NCBI GenBank assembly: GCA_003344405.1
Contig: NOWV01000003.1
Coordinates: 992,001 to 1,056,000 of the forward strand
DNA length: 64,000 nt
Reading direction: 5' to 3'
Origin: Trichoplax sp. H2
Lineage: Eukaryota
A program made the translations under genes and the position numbers. This document shows, piece by piece, positions 13,861 to 34,349 of the stretch (positions are counted from its first letter, which is position 1; every line of letters starts with the position of its first letter). The notes beneath the pieces are model-generated. The model saw nothing but the letters and a program-made list of their open reading frames with translations. It ran no database searches and was not told the DNA's origin.

Positions 13861-16800
13861 ATGGGTAAAAAAGTAAAAGTCGGCAAGAAAAGGAAGGATA
13901 AATTTTATAAATTAGCCAAAGAAACCGGTATGATGTTACCAACATTCTATTTCATCCCTACTGTAGTATTATAATTAGGTAGACTATTCAGTGTTCCAAC
14001 TTATGCACTTGCAGAACACAAAAATTGCGAAAAATGATAGGCGAATAAGTCAGTTATTTATGAATTAGTGTAATGCCAATTGATTATTTACGGTAAGATA
14101 GAACCAGTAATTATTACGACAGTGTACAGTACATCAAATAATTAACTAAAGCTTGATGATAAATTTCGGTATCTTGATCTTGCAGGTTATCGTGCTCGCT
14201 CAGCTTTCAAGTTAATCCAATTAAACCGGAAATTTCAGTTTTTAGAAACTTCACGAGTCTTGGTAGATCTATGTGCAGCACCTGGAGGATGGTAAGCCAA
14301 GCTTTTTTACATCATATATTTTATTCACTTTCGCACAGGATGCATTGTGCTACACAGCAGTTACCAATAAGAAATTGGCAATCAATCATACAGTACTGAA
14401 TTATGGATTATTTAAGGGATAATAAAATAATTACTCTAGCAATCCTACTTTTTACTATTTGTTTATTCGCATAAAATTCTTTATTCAAAAATTGATCTCT
14501 TTCCAACATAAACTTTCGTTGATATACCTTTTGACAGCAAATGACATGAATACAGTAGCATGTTGTACACTAGGAAATTGGAAACATATCATAATCTCTT
14601 TTTCTCGTGTGTCCGTGATTACAGGTTACAAGTAGCATCAAGATTTATGCCCATATCTAGTTTGATCGTTGGTAAGCCCGTCGGAAATACTTATTTAATA
14701 CTTGGCTATTTCCCAATTGCAATCATTTACCATCTCATACAATTTTTTACCATGATTTGGTATAATCTAGTATCTTTGCAACTTTATCCTAGAAATCCTA
14801 CCCCAATTAATATTTTCTCTGTTTGTCAATTCCTTTATTGTGGATGTCAGCTAAAATATTAAATTCTCGTTGCAGGTGTTGATTTAGTAACTATCAAACC
14901 AATTCCTAATGTTATTACTTTAACCGGAGACATTACTACTGACGCTTGCAAACAGGTTGTTATTGTAATTATTATGTTGCTAATAGTGTAGTAGACCTTT
15001 CAACTTACATCGTACTACCAATCAAATAAATTAACATTATTGTATTATGTGATCATAGATTGTCGATAAAAGCTGTACAGTATGGCTATTTTGGATAACC
15101 TCTGTTTTAAGTACCGTTATTCTTTCTATCGTTATAGGCTATCAAAAAGGAACTACATACATGGAAGGCTGATAGTGTACTACACGATGGAGCTCCTAAT
15201 GTCGGGCAGGCATGGGTTCAGGACGCCTTTTCTCAAGGTATGTCCTTTAAATTTCGAAAAATTTTTGGACTATCTTACATTAGTGCATATATATATATCA
15301 ACATAAGATAGCTCCATCAGCTGTGCTATCACAATAGTCACTGTGTTGTATTGTGCATGTGATTTATGACGTTTTATTGTAGCTATGCTACGCAACCCAA
15401 GTGTAAAAATTGTTTACTAAGTTATATAATCGCTTTACAGAATAAGTATCCTTTCATATCTCAATTATTTAGTTATATCCTGAGCATTGTGATTACGCAA
15501 TACTACAGATTTAAAAACCATGCAAGTATCGGTACTAATATCTAAATAGATAATTTTTTCAATTTTGTATACTCCATCTGTTTCCTTTAGCTCAGCTAAC
15601 ATTAAGTGCATTACGTCTTGCTTGCCAACTCTTAAAGCGTGGAGGCTGCTTTATAACTAAAGTCTTTCGATCAAAAGATTACTATTCATTAATGTGGGTT
15701 TTTCAGCAATTATTTAAAAAAGTCCACGCGACTAAACCGCAGGTATGCACTATACTATAATTGAGAATTACAGATCAAAACCCAAATTTCGATTTTAATG
15801 TACAATAAAGTTTTATATGTACAGTAGTCAACATCAAGAATTGAATAAGCTAACATACCATGTTGGTATTCTTATTAATTAAAGGCATCTAGGAATGAAT
15901 CCGCTGAAATCTTTGTTGTTTGCATGGTACAAATCGAGCATACTTAATTAAACAATAGACGTTTTCTAGTTCAATAATTACGCACAGAATGAAATTAAAC
16001 TGTTATGTTACTATTATCTTGAAATAGGGATTTTTAGCTCCTGATAAGATTGACCCCAAGTTTCTTGATAGTAAGCACATTTTTAAAGATATTGAAACGG
16101 AAACGAAACAAAACAAAATAAATTTAATGTTTTCTGAGGTAACAGAACATAGGCGCTTACATTTCTTGCCTATCCATCTTAACTATAATTGATCCATGTT
16201 TGAAAATATGTTGATGCTTTTTATTACTTATTATATAGAAAAGAAAGGATAGAAATCGAGCGGGATATCCAGACAACAAGCATACACTGTTTACTAGTAC
16301 ACCTGTTACTGATTTTATTACAAGTGAAAATTATCTAGATCACTTAGCTTCGAGTAATACGGTAACCATTATATAACTTAACTGTATTTACGTTCTAGAC
16401 CACCCAATAACTCCTCGTCAAAATACATTCCAACTTTAATTACTAAATTTCTATTTTGTCTTGTTGTAATTTCGGGCAATATAAATAGCTCACATTCGAT
16501 GAGGATAGCTTGATCATTGCGAAGCATCCACTTACCACAGAGGAAATTAAAACTTATTGCCAAGATATCAAAGTACTTGGTAGGAAAGAAATCAGGTAAG
16601 TAAAGTACTCATCACTAATTCTTCACACCTTTACGTAGTTAAAATATTCTTCTTCTTACTGATTGCAGAACCCTTATAAAATGGCGTAGTGACATTAGAG
16701 ACTTTTATGAACAAAAGGCAACAGCTAGTGAAACAAAGTAAGTTATTCCAATTAAAAATAGCAGTATCTTTCTATAGGCATTGATGGTATGCTCCTAATA

Positions 16801-19485
16801 ACTTTGGATATCATACAGGAAAACAGAAAATGACGAAAGCGCTGGTGTTGAAAGTGACGATGATGAGGTAAAATGCTATAAAGTACTCTTTTTTAATTTA
16901 AAAAATAGTAAGTAGGCTTCTTAACTCTCCAATTTTTGCAATTAAGGATGCTGCGAAAAAAAAAATCGAAGAGTTTGAAAATGAAGAGGCATCAGAACGG
17001 AAAAGGTTTTGACTCATAAGTTGCTACATATAATGATATATATTACATCTTAGTCATTTACTTGTTCATATTCAAAATATGATGATGATAAAAAGACAAA
17101 GACGGAAACGTATGCAGCTTAAACGCAAAGCTAGAGAGAGACAACTGCTGAAAATGAAAGTGCCTGATAGTGGTATTAACTTATCAGAAGACAACTCATT
17201 ATTTTCTCTCTCTACAATTACCGATCCTAAGGTGTTAAGCATTAAAATTTTTAGACTTCTGGATTAGACCTTTAAAATTATATCGTATTACCGTAAAGTA
17301 AAAACTGACACTTGAAACTAACTACTGTACTTGTTTACTTCGTTATCAATTGATATCATGAAGAAATTGAGTAATGTCAACAGCGGTGAGATGATGCTTG
17401 GTGACGATGAAGATGAAGATAAAACTGAAGCGATGAATTTGGATTCGAAAAACGACACCGAAAGTGACTTTGATAGCAATGATAGCTACAGTGATGATGA
17501 CGACGAAGAAAGTAGAAGTGATACAAATCACTCTGATAATATTACTAAAACCATTGGTGACAAAAAGTAAGCAATTACACATTGCTGGCGTAATTCGACG
17601 CACTTATAATTTTATAAAGTAATTACGTTATAAAGTCTTAACGTCTCTAAGGAAATCATTCGCGCCATTTTCTAATGAATACGTGTTGCAGATCTAGTAA
17701 TCCTCTTATTATTGAAATGCCGGAAGAACGATCCTTAAAGCAAAAGACAAATATGTGGTTTAGTAAAAATATTTTTAAAGAAATGGATAATGATCAAGAT
17801 GAGGAGTTGGACTTTCAACAATCAATATCAAATCTTAAGGGTAAGCAAATTCGTACGTGAAGTAATAAGAGTAAATCGTAACAGCGTTCCCAACAATGCT
17901 ATTTTACTGTAGCGAGTCTAAATTTAACATTTATTGCATTAAATCTTTTATCATATTATTGAAGGAGATAAATACAACTCTTGGAAGGAAGATCCTAAAA
18001 TGGATAGTAATTATAGAAACAAGAGTAATGGATCTCCATCCAAGGGAGAAAGTTTGTCCGATACTACCACTACCAATGTACGAAAAGTCGTTAAGAGTGA
18101 CGATGATGACAGCGATGAGAGCGACAGCGATAGCGATTATGATTATTATCAAGGAATGAAAAATAATACCAAAACGATTAACAATGACTCGTCACAACTA
18201 ATAACTAGAAACGATTTCGAAATTGCTCCTGTAGAAAATACTATCGGTATATATGCATACATTGTGAAAAATTTAATTGCAAAATGATACTTACTTCGAG
18301 CTCTAAGTTAATCGTTTAATTAAACCTTTGAAGCACCGAAATATTTATCGCCAGAAGGTTTAGCCATTGGAGCATTAGCTGCTACATCGAAAAAGCGAAA
18401 AGAAGAATTTATAGATAATGCTTATAATAGGTAAGCAATACGCGTATTAATATGGAGGTACTCGAATGTAATTGTTATTTATTATACGTATATCATGCAA
18501 CTTTGTAAATACGATAGATACACTTTCAATGATGAAAATCTACCGGATTGGTTTACTGAATATGAGAAAAAGCATTATCAAAAGCAGATACCACTAACAA
18601 AGGTATTTCTTAACAAGCCTCTCTTACTCTAATCTAGCAAAATTACACATTCACCTTACGATAAATATAATTCTATACATGTACATTTATCGTCGCTTTT
18701 ATCTTCTTTATTTGTAACATTAATATAATTTAGTATAGTATTACGAAGGCTTTATGATAACATTTTTAGGAAGAAATTCAAGAACAAAAGAAGAAATTAC
18801 AAGAGATTAATGCACGGCCGATTAAAAAAGTAGCTGAGGCAAAAGCTAGAAAAAAGATGAAGGTAACCTTTGTTTACAACCAGCTGGCATATGCGTATGC
18901 CTCATGTACGAATGACTTAATTTTTTAGCTCACAAGCTGCTATTCTTATCGTACTCTAAATAGACCTTAAGAAAAGTAGAGAGAATGCGAAAAAAAGCTG
19001 AAGCTATTCTCGACACTTCGGACGCCACTGACAGAGAAAAGATGTTACAAATAAAAAGGTATTGATTAATTGAAATGTATTTATTTACTGATTTGGTAAT
19101 TGTAGCTACTAATTATAATCATTATGTTATTATCATAAGTATATACAAGAAGGCTGGAGTAGGAAAGGCAAAAAAAAGCGAAAAACAATATGTAGTAGGC
19201 AGAAAAAACTTAGGTATGTCTCTTAAATTTAGCGGCAATACGGAAATGAAATTGTGCAACTGACGATGACCCCCCGCATTTAACTTAAGTTGTATTTTAA
19301 TGTGTAATTATCGAAGCTCGGTATTGACATCTGGAAAATTTGTATCCAGTGATTGTAAAGTTCTGATTTAATCTCTCGATTTTCTAGGTAAAAAGCGGCC
19401 ACCTGGTGTTAAAGGAAGATATAAAATGGTAGATAAAAGACTGAAAAAAGACAAGCGGGCCTCCAATAAAAAAAACAGAAAATGA
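13861..19485 (+). CDS. FTSJ3: Pre-rRNA 2'-O-ribose methyltransferase FTSJ3/Spb1
   Basis: [97 protein letters not shown], acidic middle region, [45 protein letters not shown]; stop TGA 19483-19485; more than 20 short exons. Confidence 0.96.
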
Positions 19486-21164
19486 GCTACCATGAGACCA
19501 ATAAAGGAGAAAAATCATAGATTAAGTATTTTAGTTCTTGTAGATGCATAAAATGAACGATACAGCTTCCTTAACACTTCCTTAATCAATATTTTGTATT
19601 TCAAAATATTCATGCGATCGTTATAGTTCCGCTATGTACAATACATGAATAAATCAGATTTATTAACTGCGACAGAAATTTGCAACTAAAATCGAAAACA
19701 TTACAAATTACATTTACTAAAGCTGTTGCATTATTAATATTATTACCATACTCAACAACACAAGTTGCGATATTGTTGTACTTATGATACAGGTATTTCG
19801 TTACATGAATAGATGAAGCCATTATTTTAATGTTTTATGGTTATTAATCAGAATAATATCATTGCAAAGCTAGATAGGGCAATTATTGTTATTTTTATAA
19901 CTTTAAACCAAAATGTCATTGAAGTAATTGTGATGGCTACTATTTACTATCAATATCTGTATTAAACTACATGCTACTAATAAATAGTCTCATTTCATGA
20001 TATTAATAGCTTAGTAGTGATTGTTATGATTTAGTACTTTAGCTGTAGATACCGTTTGAGGTTATCGTAGATATGTAGACAATTGCCTTGTTACAGTATA
20101 AGTAATCATATTATGACCTAGTAGTGTGACCCGTTATAATGCATAATATATCGGTCGTCTAGTTAGCTAGTATGTGCACTGTATGTCGTATAATTTAACG
20201 CAATACTCCCAACCTCAATATATACTAGAGCCAATGCAGCATTACCAAAGTAATTTTAAAATTTTTATTTTCAGATTAATAGTGTTAAAAGTATACAAAC
20301 ACAACTACTATGCAGCTCAAGGTACTTTAGCATAGTCTCCGCTTATACTCATAGATTATATATTTATATTAATAATTGTATAATACAAGGTTGTTTGTAT
20401 ATATGTACGTATGCATGCTGCATCCTGTGCATGTCTCCGCATTGTCTTTAATATAAAAAGCATACTTTGCGTATATGGCGCAGTCAGTTGCTCTACCTCA
20501 GAAAAGTTTCTGAGTTCGAAGGGGAAATTTATCCAAGTCTCTCCTTCCAGGAACGCTAAGTATAATTAAGTAATTGCATGCACTGTGTGCAGTGCTAACT
20601 AACAATCCTCTAATACAGGGCAATGTAAAAGTGTGCGAAATAGCAAAATAACAGAATGTACTTTGCTATCTTGCTCACCATTTACATACCATTAAAATGA
20701 TCTCTACCATTCAAAAGGGGATGACACTTCGCTTTACATGTACGTATTCAAGAACTTAAGGCCATTTCAGACTGAATCTTTACGGACAGCCGCTAATTTT
20801 TGAAACCGTAATGAGTCGAGCCGCGCACAGGGAGTGAGCTATAATAATATTAATTCAGAAACAACGCGCAGTCTTCCCAAGACTTATATAATGTCATCTA
20901 AACCGATCACGTTGAACTATTGACAGTACCGCTGAATAGTATTACATTGCACATTTATCTATGACATCATTTTTGCTAAAGAGCTGTAATGCAGGAAACT
21001 AAAATTGTGCGCTGGGATTAGACCTAATGTATTATAGATAGAGATACAGTATGAAGAAAATATATAAAAAAGAAAGAAATGTGGACAATTTATTCTTACA
21101 AGTCTGCCAAATTGGTCAGGTGTAAAATCACCAGCAAAAAAGAATGTCATCAATCCTGACGTTC

Positions 21165-21346
21165 CTACAGTGTACAGTGCACTGTTCGTGCAGTACAGTA
21201 CAGTACGATACAGAGAGCACCATGTCCACTACAGTACAGTACTGTACCGTATACTGTAGTACAGTACTGTACAGTACATTTGCTCAGTCACGGTACAGTA
21301 CAGTACAGCACACAGTACTGTACTGTAGGTGGAAGTACAGTACAGT
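21165..21346. repeat. TACTG/TACAG array immediately upstream of USP30
   Basis: Dense degenerate acagt/actgt repeats about 110-290 bp before the ATG. Confidence 0.9.
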
Positions 21347-21455
21347 TATAACCAACAATCTACGGTAAAAGGAAATATAGTTGCTCCACGAAGATGGTGG
21401 TGGTGCTTAACTGGATTTTCAACCTAAAAAAGATCGATGGTCTCATTAAGAAAGA

Positions 21456-24400
21456 ATGAATAATTGTTCTATGATAGCCATTAGTGGCGCTGCTGCAGTA
21501 GCTGCAGCTATATGCTACATTTTGTTTGGTCCTAAACAGTATAATATAAAGCCGTTAAAAGGAGGTAAGCGACGCTGTTAAATACCTTACACTGTAATGT
21601 TTTGTGATATAACGAATTTCGATACTAGTTTGAAGTTATTGAAATGGATTTAATTTTCTATCCAATAATGTATTTTACTGAATATGTTATACTACGTAAT
21701 TGCTAAAAAAATAAATGAATCTGTCTTTCATGTGCAGAAATTGCAAGAAAATTACTTTCTATGCGGGCTTTTCATACATGATACTGCTGTAGTAGATAGA
21801 TAATGTGCCGTACATCATGCACTGTACATTACAGAGACTCTAAAAGGATAAGTGCTGCAATTTTATGCATACGCGTATGTTTGTCTATTCTATTAGGATC
21901 TTATCCTGGCCTAGATAATCTTGGCAATACTTGCTTTTTAAACTGCATTCTGCAGGTAAGATAATATACCAGCTTCTTCTATTTTATATTTGTTAATGTA
22001 TGATAAAAATGGATGATATTTTTAATTGCGTAAGTCCTCTACGCGAGCACAGACGCGTATTGTAATATTGTAGCAGATTACCGTACCTACAGGATAAATA
22101 GAAGATACTAACTACCAGGAAGCTGCATCTCCTAAAATCAGTAACCTCTAACCTGCAGTGAATTCTAACTACTTTTTCTTTATATTATTAGTACCATAAA
22201 ATAATACCTTATCTATTAATGATTAAATACAATGATTTAATGTCAATATGACATCGAATGAAATGCTATTAATACTGTATATAAGATTGCTATTGTATAT
22301 GCTATCTGGAAGTAAACATTGGAGGTCTATGAAATATGATATTTCATTCCTATCCTATCCTGTCCGGATATACTGTTTTCATTACTAAATATTCTTTTGC
22401 TATGCAAAGTTTAAACATGTACTGCGGTTGTTATATACTACTACTGCTGTACGTACTCTTTATAAAGTATACCAAATTAACACAACAGCCTATTTGCCGT
22501 AATGTCTTCCCGTTAACGAAATTATTCTGGAAAGTACGAGATTGGATCTAACTCGAAAATGGCATATATCAATCACTATGAGTACTGGAATAGCATACAT
22601 ACAGCACCGGGTGAAATATATGCGGGATACTCTCAGAGTGATTTGCAATTACTTTTACTACTCTGTCGTATTTACATCTATATAATCCAAACAATTAATC
22701 AACACCCAATGTAGTCTGCAGAAAAAGCTTTTAGCGCCAAAGTCAGCGTAGCAATTGATATATACTTCTCTTTAATATGCTTTGCTTCTAGACATGCTGT
22801 TAGCTAAAATACATCCATACAGATTAGCTTATCTTAATGGTACTAGTAGAGATTTCGCTTTCGTAGAAACTAGATAGCTATGAACGTAAACGTGTAATCT
22901 TGATACATCGGTAATATAATCTATTATTATTATGAAATGCATTGCCAGTTTCTCGAATTACTTATTATTTAAATATGCTGTGTATTGGCTTTGATTTTGA
23001 TGAAGCACATCGAGCATATTTAATTGAATATTAAAATGCCACTATTTGGTTTAAAGACTGAGTAGTAATTGCTTTGTTTCTAGAGCCTTGCATCTTTGCC
23101 TGCTTTCGTTATTTATCTGAAAAAAATCAATGCCAATTCTAATTGTAACAAGCAAAACAAACCCTTAACGAATATACTAGCTGGATTACTTGACGGTTCG
23201 ATGATAATATAAAGTTTTCTGCAGTTTATTTTATTTTGTGAATCTACCCAGTAACGGCATTTTATAATGTTACAAAATAGCTTCTGTAACTGAAGGAGAT
23301 ATTCTGATAGTCGAGTGTAATTTGCTACTCTGCAATTATACGTAATAATAACGACCGTAGGACTATGTTGTCAAAGTTCAAAGTAACGCTATGTTTTAGT
23401 CGAAAAAAATCTTTAGCTTCTAAGATTTCATGATACCCCTTACTTGAAATTTAAATCAAAATTTTCAATAACAGTTAGTCTTCATAAATTTATTAATTTT
23501 AATCATTAAAAGATAGTAAAAGTACTAACGTTCTGAATCGTCTTTATAGAATTAAGTCAAAAACATAATTATGCTCGATCATTGTCAGCAAGTAGCGTGC
23601 TTGAAGTACTATTTAGATACAATTGGATCATATCTTCAGAACAACATGATGCACATGAAATGTATCATGCCTTGTTGACAACATTGGTAGAAGAAACGGT
23701 TAGAGTTCCATGAATATTTGTGTATGAGTAGTTATAAATAGCTGTACTTAAAATAGAAAATCTATTTCTTTACGTCATTATTTATTTACTCCGTAGGATT
23801 ACAATGATAATCTTCACCCAAGTCATGATCTAAATAATGCCATTTCAGTAAGTAAAATTATCTTTTAGCAATAAAATTAAGTTAAAGCTTCAACTGCTAA
23901 ATGAATAATGTTAGCGTTATGATTCTGATCGGATAGATATGATTATAATTTAATTTAATTTTGTACACAGTATTGTTCGAACGATGAAATTGATGAAGGT
24001 TCGGCACATGCCGCCACACGGACGCACGGTATACCATTGACTTCTACGGTACCAGCTTAAATAACAAACCAATGTATTCCACTGTCGATCTAAACTGCAT
24101 TCTAATAATTAAAGCTCCAGTTCGAACTCTAGACCGTAAGGGTATTCTAGGAAGCTTTCCATTCCATGGTTTGCTCGCAAGTCAAATGTCATGCTTAAAG
24201 TGTCGTCATAAGAATCCAACCCGCTACGACATTTTTGATAGTATATCGCTGAGCATACCCACTTCGATGCAAAAGGCAAGCTATTCAGATGAGAAAAAAT
24301 ATCTACACTTATTGACACTTTCTAGCGAAATTCTAATTAATAAAATAGTAATTTATTTGCTTCTTGTCTTAGTGCAGTTATTTATATCCGTGTCTTGTTA

Positions 24401-25881
24401 TTTCATGTAATGCGCATACGGTATAGAGTCATCTCAATCTTGAATTAGAAGACTGTATAAAAACTTTCTTGATGAAAGAATACATAGATGATGTTATTTG
24501 TGATAACTGTTCAAAAGACAACGGAAAAAATGTAAGTTTATATTTATGTTGTATGCATTGACATCAAATAAAAGATAATAACAAAATTTTTTCGAACAGG
24601 GAAAGGCAACTCGGAAAACATTTATGAAGGAAACTTTTTTCGGAAAGGTAATTTATCTAACTTGAGCTAGAACATACTTTCTGTAAATTCTATGCCAACC
24701 TTTTACAATTTCGATTAGTTACCGCAATGTTTATGCATACATATTCAACGAATATATTGGAATTCAAGCGGATCCTCATATAAATGTGATAAATTTATAC
24801 CGTTTCCGCCACTTTTGGACATGACACCATTTACAGTATTTGATAATTATTCTAATCCTAATGGTATATATCCGAATAAACTGAACTCAATCAGCAATAG
24901 TTTGAACGATTCTGCCTCGAATGATAGGTAACTGCCATAGATACAACTAAGAATCTAATATTGATCAGTTTCGTAGAATTGAAAATACATGTAGTTGGTG
25001 TATCATAGAGATTGAAGTAAATCATACTATTACTTGACAGTGATACTAGCATTTATAAATAAAATATACGTAGATTAAAAGTTAAACAAAACGCTTGTAA
25101 GTAGAGTTACGATTATAATTCGTGAATGCATTAAATGTCTTTGTACGAATTATTAATTCTATTCTATATTATATGCTTGTTATTCATCTAACAAGATGTC
25201 AGTTGCACGGTGTAGTATGCATTTAACAACGGATATTACTAGTCTGTTTCAAGCGAGATAAAGCGGTTTCAGAAAATAGTATACGTTGTTAAAGTATTCA
25301 CGATAATAAGTTGTACTATATTGGTTTGTAATGTGATGTTATGTATATATTATATGTCCATAGATTTTATGTAAGCTAGCTATTTGCGTTTATTGTGCAT
25401 GTTTATCTACACTAATGAAAGCCTCAACTATCCCTTTCAACCATGATAATGAACGCTACGCCCTAGACGTGCTTATAGCTATCTACTCGTATACCAGCAT
25501 TTATCAGTGTTAGGAGTAGCTATCTTAAACTTGCTATTGTGATAGCTTCGTGGGCGTTGCACGCATATCCTATCTTCAACTACACTAATTTTGTACATAA
25601 TTACGGTATGAAATTACAATTCGAATGATAACCCATAATTATGTGACTTTTCATTGCATGTTTTCTCATCGTTACATCGCAGAAAATTTTACCGATACAA
25701 GTTGGTTGCGGTAGTATGTCACTTTGGAAGCGATGGATTCGATGGACATTTCGTTTCCTATCGAACGGATAAGTCTGCTAACAACAGCTGGTATTATATT
25801 TCGGATAATGTGGTTAGAACAGCTTTACTTTCGGAAGTTTTATTAAGCAAAGCATACCTGATCTTTTATGAAAGATTATAA
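21456..25881 (+). CDS. USP30: Ubiquitin-specific protease with N-terminal TM anchor (USP30-like); alternative start 21471
   Basis: N-terminal hydrophobic IAISGAAAVAAAICYILFGP; Cys box GLDNLGNTCFLNCILQ (about 21898-21955); EQHDAHEM; PFHGLLASQMSCLKC..FDSISLSIP; VICDNC; His box YKLVAVVCHFG..GHFVSYR; WYYISD; AYLIFYERL*. Confidence 0.9.
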
Positions 25882-28774
25882 TTAGTGTAAAACACGTATT
25901 ATAAACGTAATGGATATATTATATAACACAGACGTATCAGCTAATACCTTAGCTCAGATTGTAATAGCCTTATTGCGTATTTTAACCTTGAAAACCTATT
26001 CGATTATGTTACGGCACATTTTTGCATCCGCCTAATCTCTGTAAAATACGTTGAGAAAAGTCTTTACGATTCAGACGTCGTTTGCATATCCGTACAGTTG
26101 ACATCGCCATATTAGTGCAATAAGCTTTCTTCCTAAAACGCATTAATGTAATTGCTAATGCTAAACTTCTGACGATGTCAATTCTGTCTTACTGTTAATC
26201 AATGTAAGAATTGTAACAAAGTAAATCGCTTATATTTTATATACTGTATGGATGATCACTAATTTACACTCAATGATCTGTTTAAAGATTACTGCAACTA
26301 TCAAACTAAAATTGTCTATGATAACTTATAAATTATTGTAAAATATGATAAACTTCTATTACTATACCATTTGATTCCTTTATTATAATGATACTTATCT
26401 ATGTTTCATAAACGCAGTATAATGGAAGAGAATGTGGCGAATACTTTAACTTTTCTTATATACTGCTTGTACTTGTATTGGCTCCGTATCACCAAAATAT
26501 ATATAGGTAGAAATACATAAATATCAAGTTAAGTAATAGCTTTACTTGAATATTTTAATTTACCTAGTCAATGCTGTATGTGGGGCAATGTACATAACAC
26601 ATCCGACCGTATCTTCAACATAAACTAACATAGTATTATATCATACTATGCATGCTCTCTTGGATCGTAAATAACGACTAGGTGTCATTCTATTGAAATA
26701 ATTGACAATACTAAGGTTACTAAATCATTTCTATAAAAGGATACTACTGTACTGCAAAGTAAGGGATAATAATCTGCAAGCGCTTACTCTTTATCATTGT
26801 TATCAATGGCATATCGTGCGTTACTAGGCTCAGGTATATCCAGGGCTTCAGCGTAAATATGATTTTATACTTATTCTGTATGCTCAAAATGTAAATTTCA
26901 TTGGAACTTTAATGATAGGTAATACATAATAGCAATTATGCGAATCATTTATACGTGTAGATGATAAAACCTCTAAAATAAATTGCCTATAAATGAACTA
27001 ATCTGATCGAAATAGTATTTATTAGGTTATTGAATCCGTTACATTCAAACGAACGATTTAATGGCTCTTGATGCCAATCATACACACATTGCGACATTTT
27101 ATATAAATAAAAACGCTGAAAAAAATTGCTTAGATACCTAGACTCTCTTCGCGAATTTAAACATAGATGCCTCTCCTTATTCATGCACGATAGTCCGACA
27201 ATTTACCAGCAGTATCTTGGTGGTAAATGCAGCATTATTACGGTTACTATAACCCGAATAATTACCAGAGTGATTTTTCATAATTAGCTATTACTAGAAA
27301 AGAGGTTTAAGATCAAGGTTACTTTCATAAAAGTTTTAATTGGCGCTCCCATTAAATAAATAAAGGGACTCTAGGGTGCATGCATATAATGTATAGTAGG
27401 ATACAAATAGACAACATGAACGTAATATGTACTGTAGTTAATTACTTTGTGCCTGACTGAAGTAAACCTTTAGGATGAACTACAGTACGGTATTTTATTA
27501 ACCTTTTCGCTAAGTATTAGAATAATTGCACTGGCAAATCTTTACACAAAACATCAATATTTTTAGTCATTCTAGCCTTTTTTACGCTTGTACTACAAAT
27601 CACATTTCCAATAAACACAACCTCATCAAGTATAAAGAAGTGCCTCTCAAATTACTACCAAAGTAGGACAAATACACCGCTACAGGAAATAATACTAATA
27701 CCATCGAATAATCTATAGTTGATACTATATAGCCCGAGGCGGATACTTAGCCTATAACAATATACAGTAGTACATCGGTTTCATTCCTGTATACTATTAT
27801 GAAGGGCTCTTTAACAAATAGTAAACACTTTCATAATATCGCATCAATATTGCTACTTTATATCGAGAAATTCCCATGACATTAAAAATTTGCTTAACAT
27901 GTTAATAAATGAATAACAGGACATTAAAATATAAGTTTCTGAAGCTATACACAAGCGCAATATTTATACTTTCTAAACATAAAATAACGTTTGCATTATA
28001 ATGATACATTTATAAAGGGAAAGAATGTTTGTTACCATTGCTAGCCTTTCTACAAAAGCATTACTGAAGAGCTAAACATATTTGAAAATTAGATTTAACA
28101 ATTGTACTCTATCAAGTCAATAAATGTTTCTTAAATCAAAATTTGTAAAATCATTATGCTATAACGTTAATTCTTTGTAAAAATATTTACGGACTTCATA
28201 TTACTCGTTGATACACACAATCTGTGACATGTTACCGAAGTGCTAACATTGAACACAAAGAAACTGCATTCGTAGACCTATTTCACGGTATCGTGGTATA
28301 GTAATACTATGCCTTCTTATTTCTATTAAGGAGGTGTTAATACATGTGCATTAAACCTCGGTATCAACGGCAAAAATGATAAAAAGCTTACAGCGGTAAA
28401 TACATAATTTGTATATCATAAAGGATACAGTTGGTAATTAAACACAGTTATAAGCAATCGATCGAAATAGCAACATAATTAGAGATTTAAGTATTAATCA
28501 TGAAAAGAGCTAATGTGTGATACCAATAAATACGCATGATACACGTTAGAGAAACCCAAGTCAATAACTGACACTATCTTTATATACGCGCACTTACTAC
28601 GTACAGTAAAGTGATAGTCAAGATATAATGCAAACGTTCTGTGCATTCTTACAAATTGCTTTCAAATCCACATAACACTATAACATTAAAAAGATACTAA
28701 ATATGCACCGAAAAAGACGTTAATATACGTAAAGTTATGCCCTTTTGGAATTTCTGATGTTCTACAACATAATT

Positions 28775-28775
<1 letters not shown>

Positions 28776-28808
<33 letters not shown>
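28776..28808. repeat. (ATT)n microsatellite in the probable PP1 3' UTR
   Basis: About 11 consecutive ATT units. Confidence 0.9.
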
Positions 28809-28950
28809 GACATATCTATACCATGATGTACGATTGCAATCGAGCGTTAATCTAGTGCAGCCATAAAACTGTTCAGTGACAGTAGTATCTGTACATAGAA
28901 TAATTTGAGGCATTCTATAGTACAACTAATATAGTTAAAAGTGATAAGCT

Positions 28951-34083
<5,133 letters not shown>

Positions 34084-34349
34084 CTTTTTCGATTTTTAAC
34101 GTAATTAACAAGATTCTAGCTATGATTAACGAAGATTCAAGAGCGATACTACCAAGGCGTCGCAAAGAGCCCAAGCTACTGTTGTACAGTAAAAGCGGGT
34201 ACAATCGAGAAGACGTAAAAGATGGCCACTAGTTATTTTGATATTGCCTTTACCGCAATACATACAGTATTGAGTATGGAGCACTGTACAGTGTAGAGTA
34301 CCATACAAAGCGTGTCATCCGATGCTAGGGTCAACTGCCGGGTCTTCTG

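Noticed and set aside
15446..15456. GTATCCTTT U12-type donor motif in an FTSJ3 intron
   Set aside because: It lies inside an intron whose flanking exons join correctly with ordinary GT-AG sites.
20855..20925. Box C/D snoRNA candidate on the minus strand (GTGATCG..CTGA)
   Set aside because: Poor box C, no terminal stem, no rRNA complement recognised, and too close to the putative acceptor.
25900..28900. 3-kb interval between USP30 and PP1 stops, including ORF 26987-27184
   Set aside because: No coding signal found; most simply long convergent 3' UTRs.
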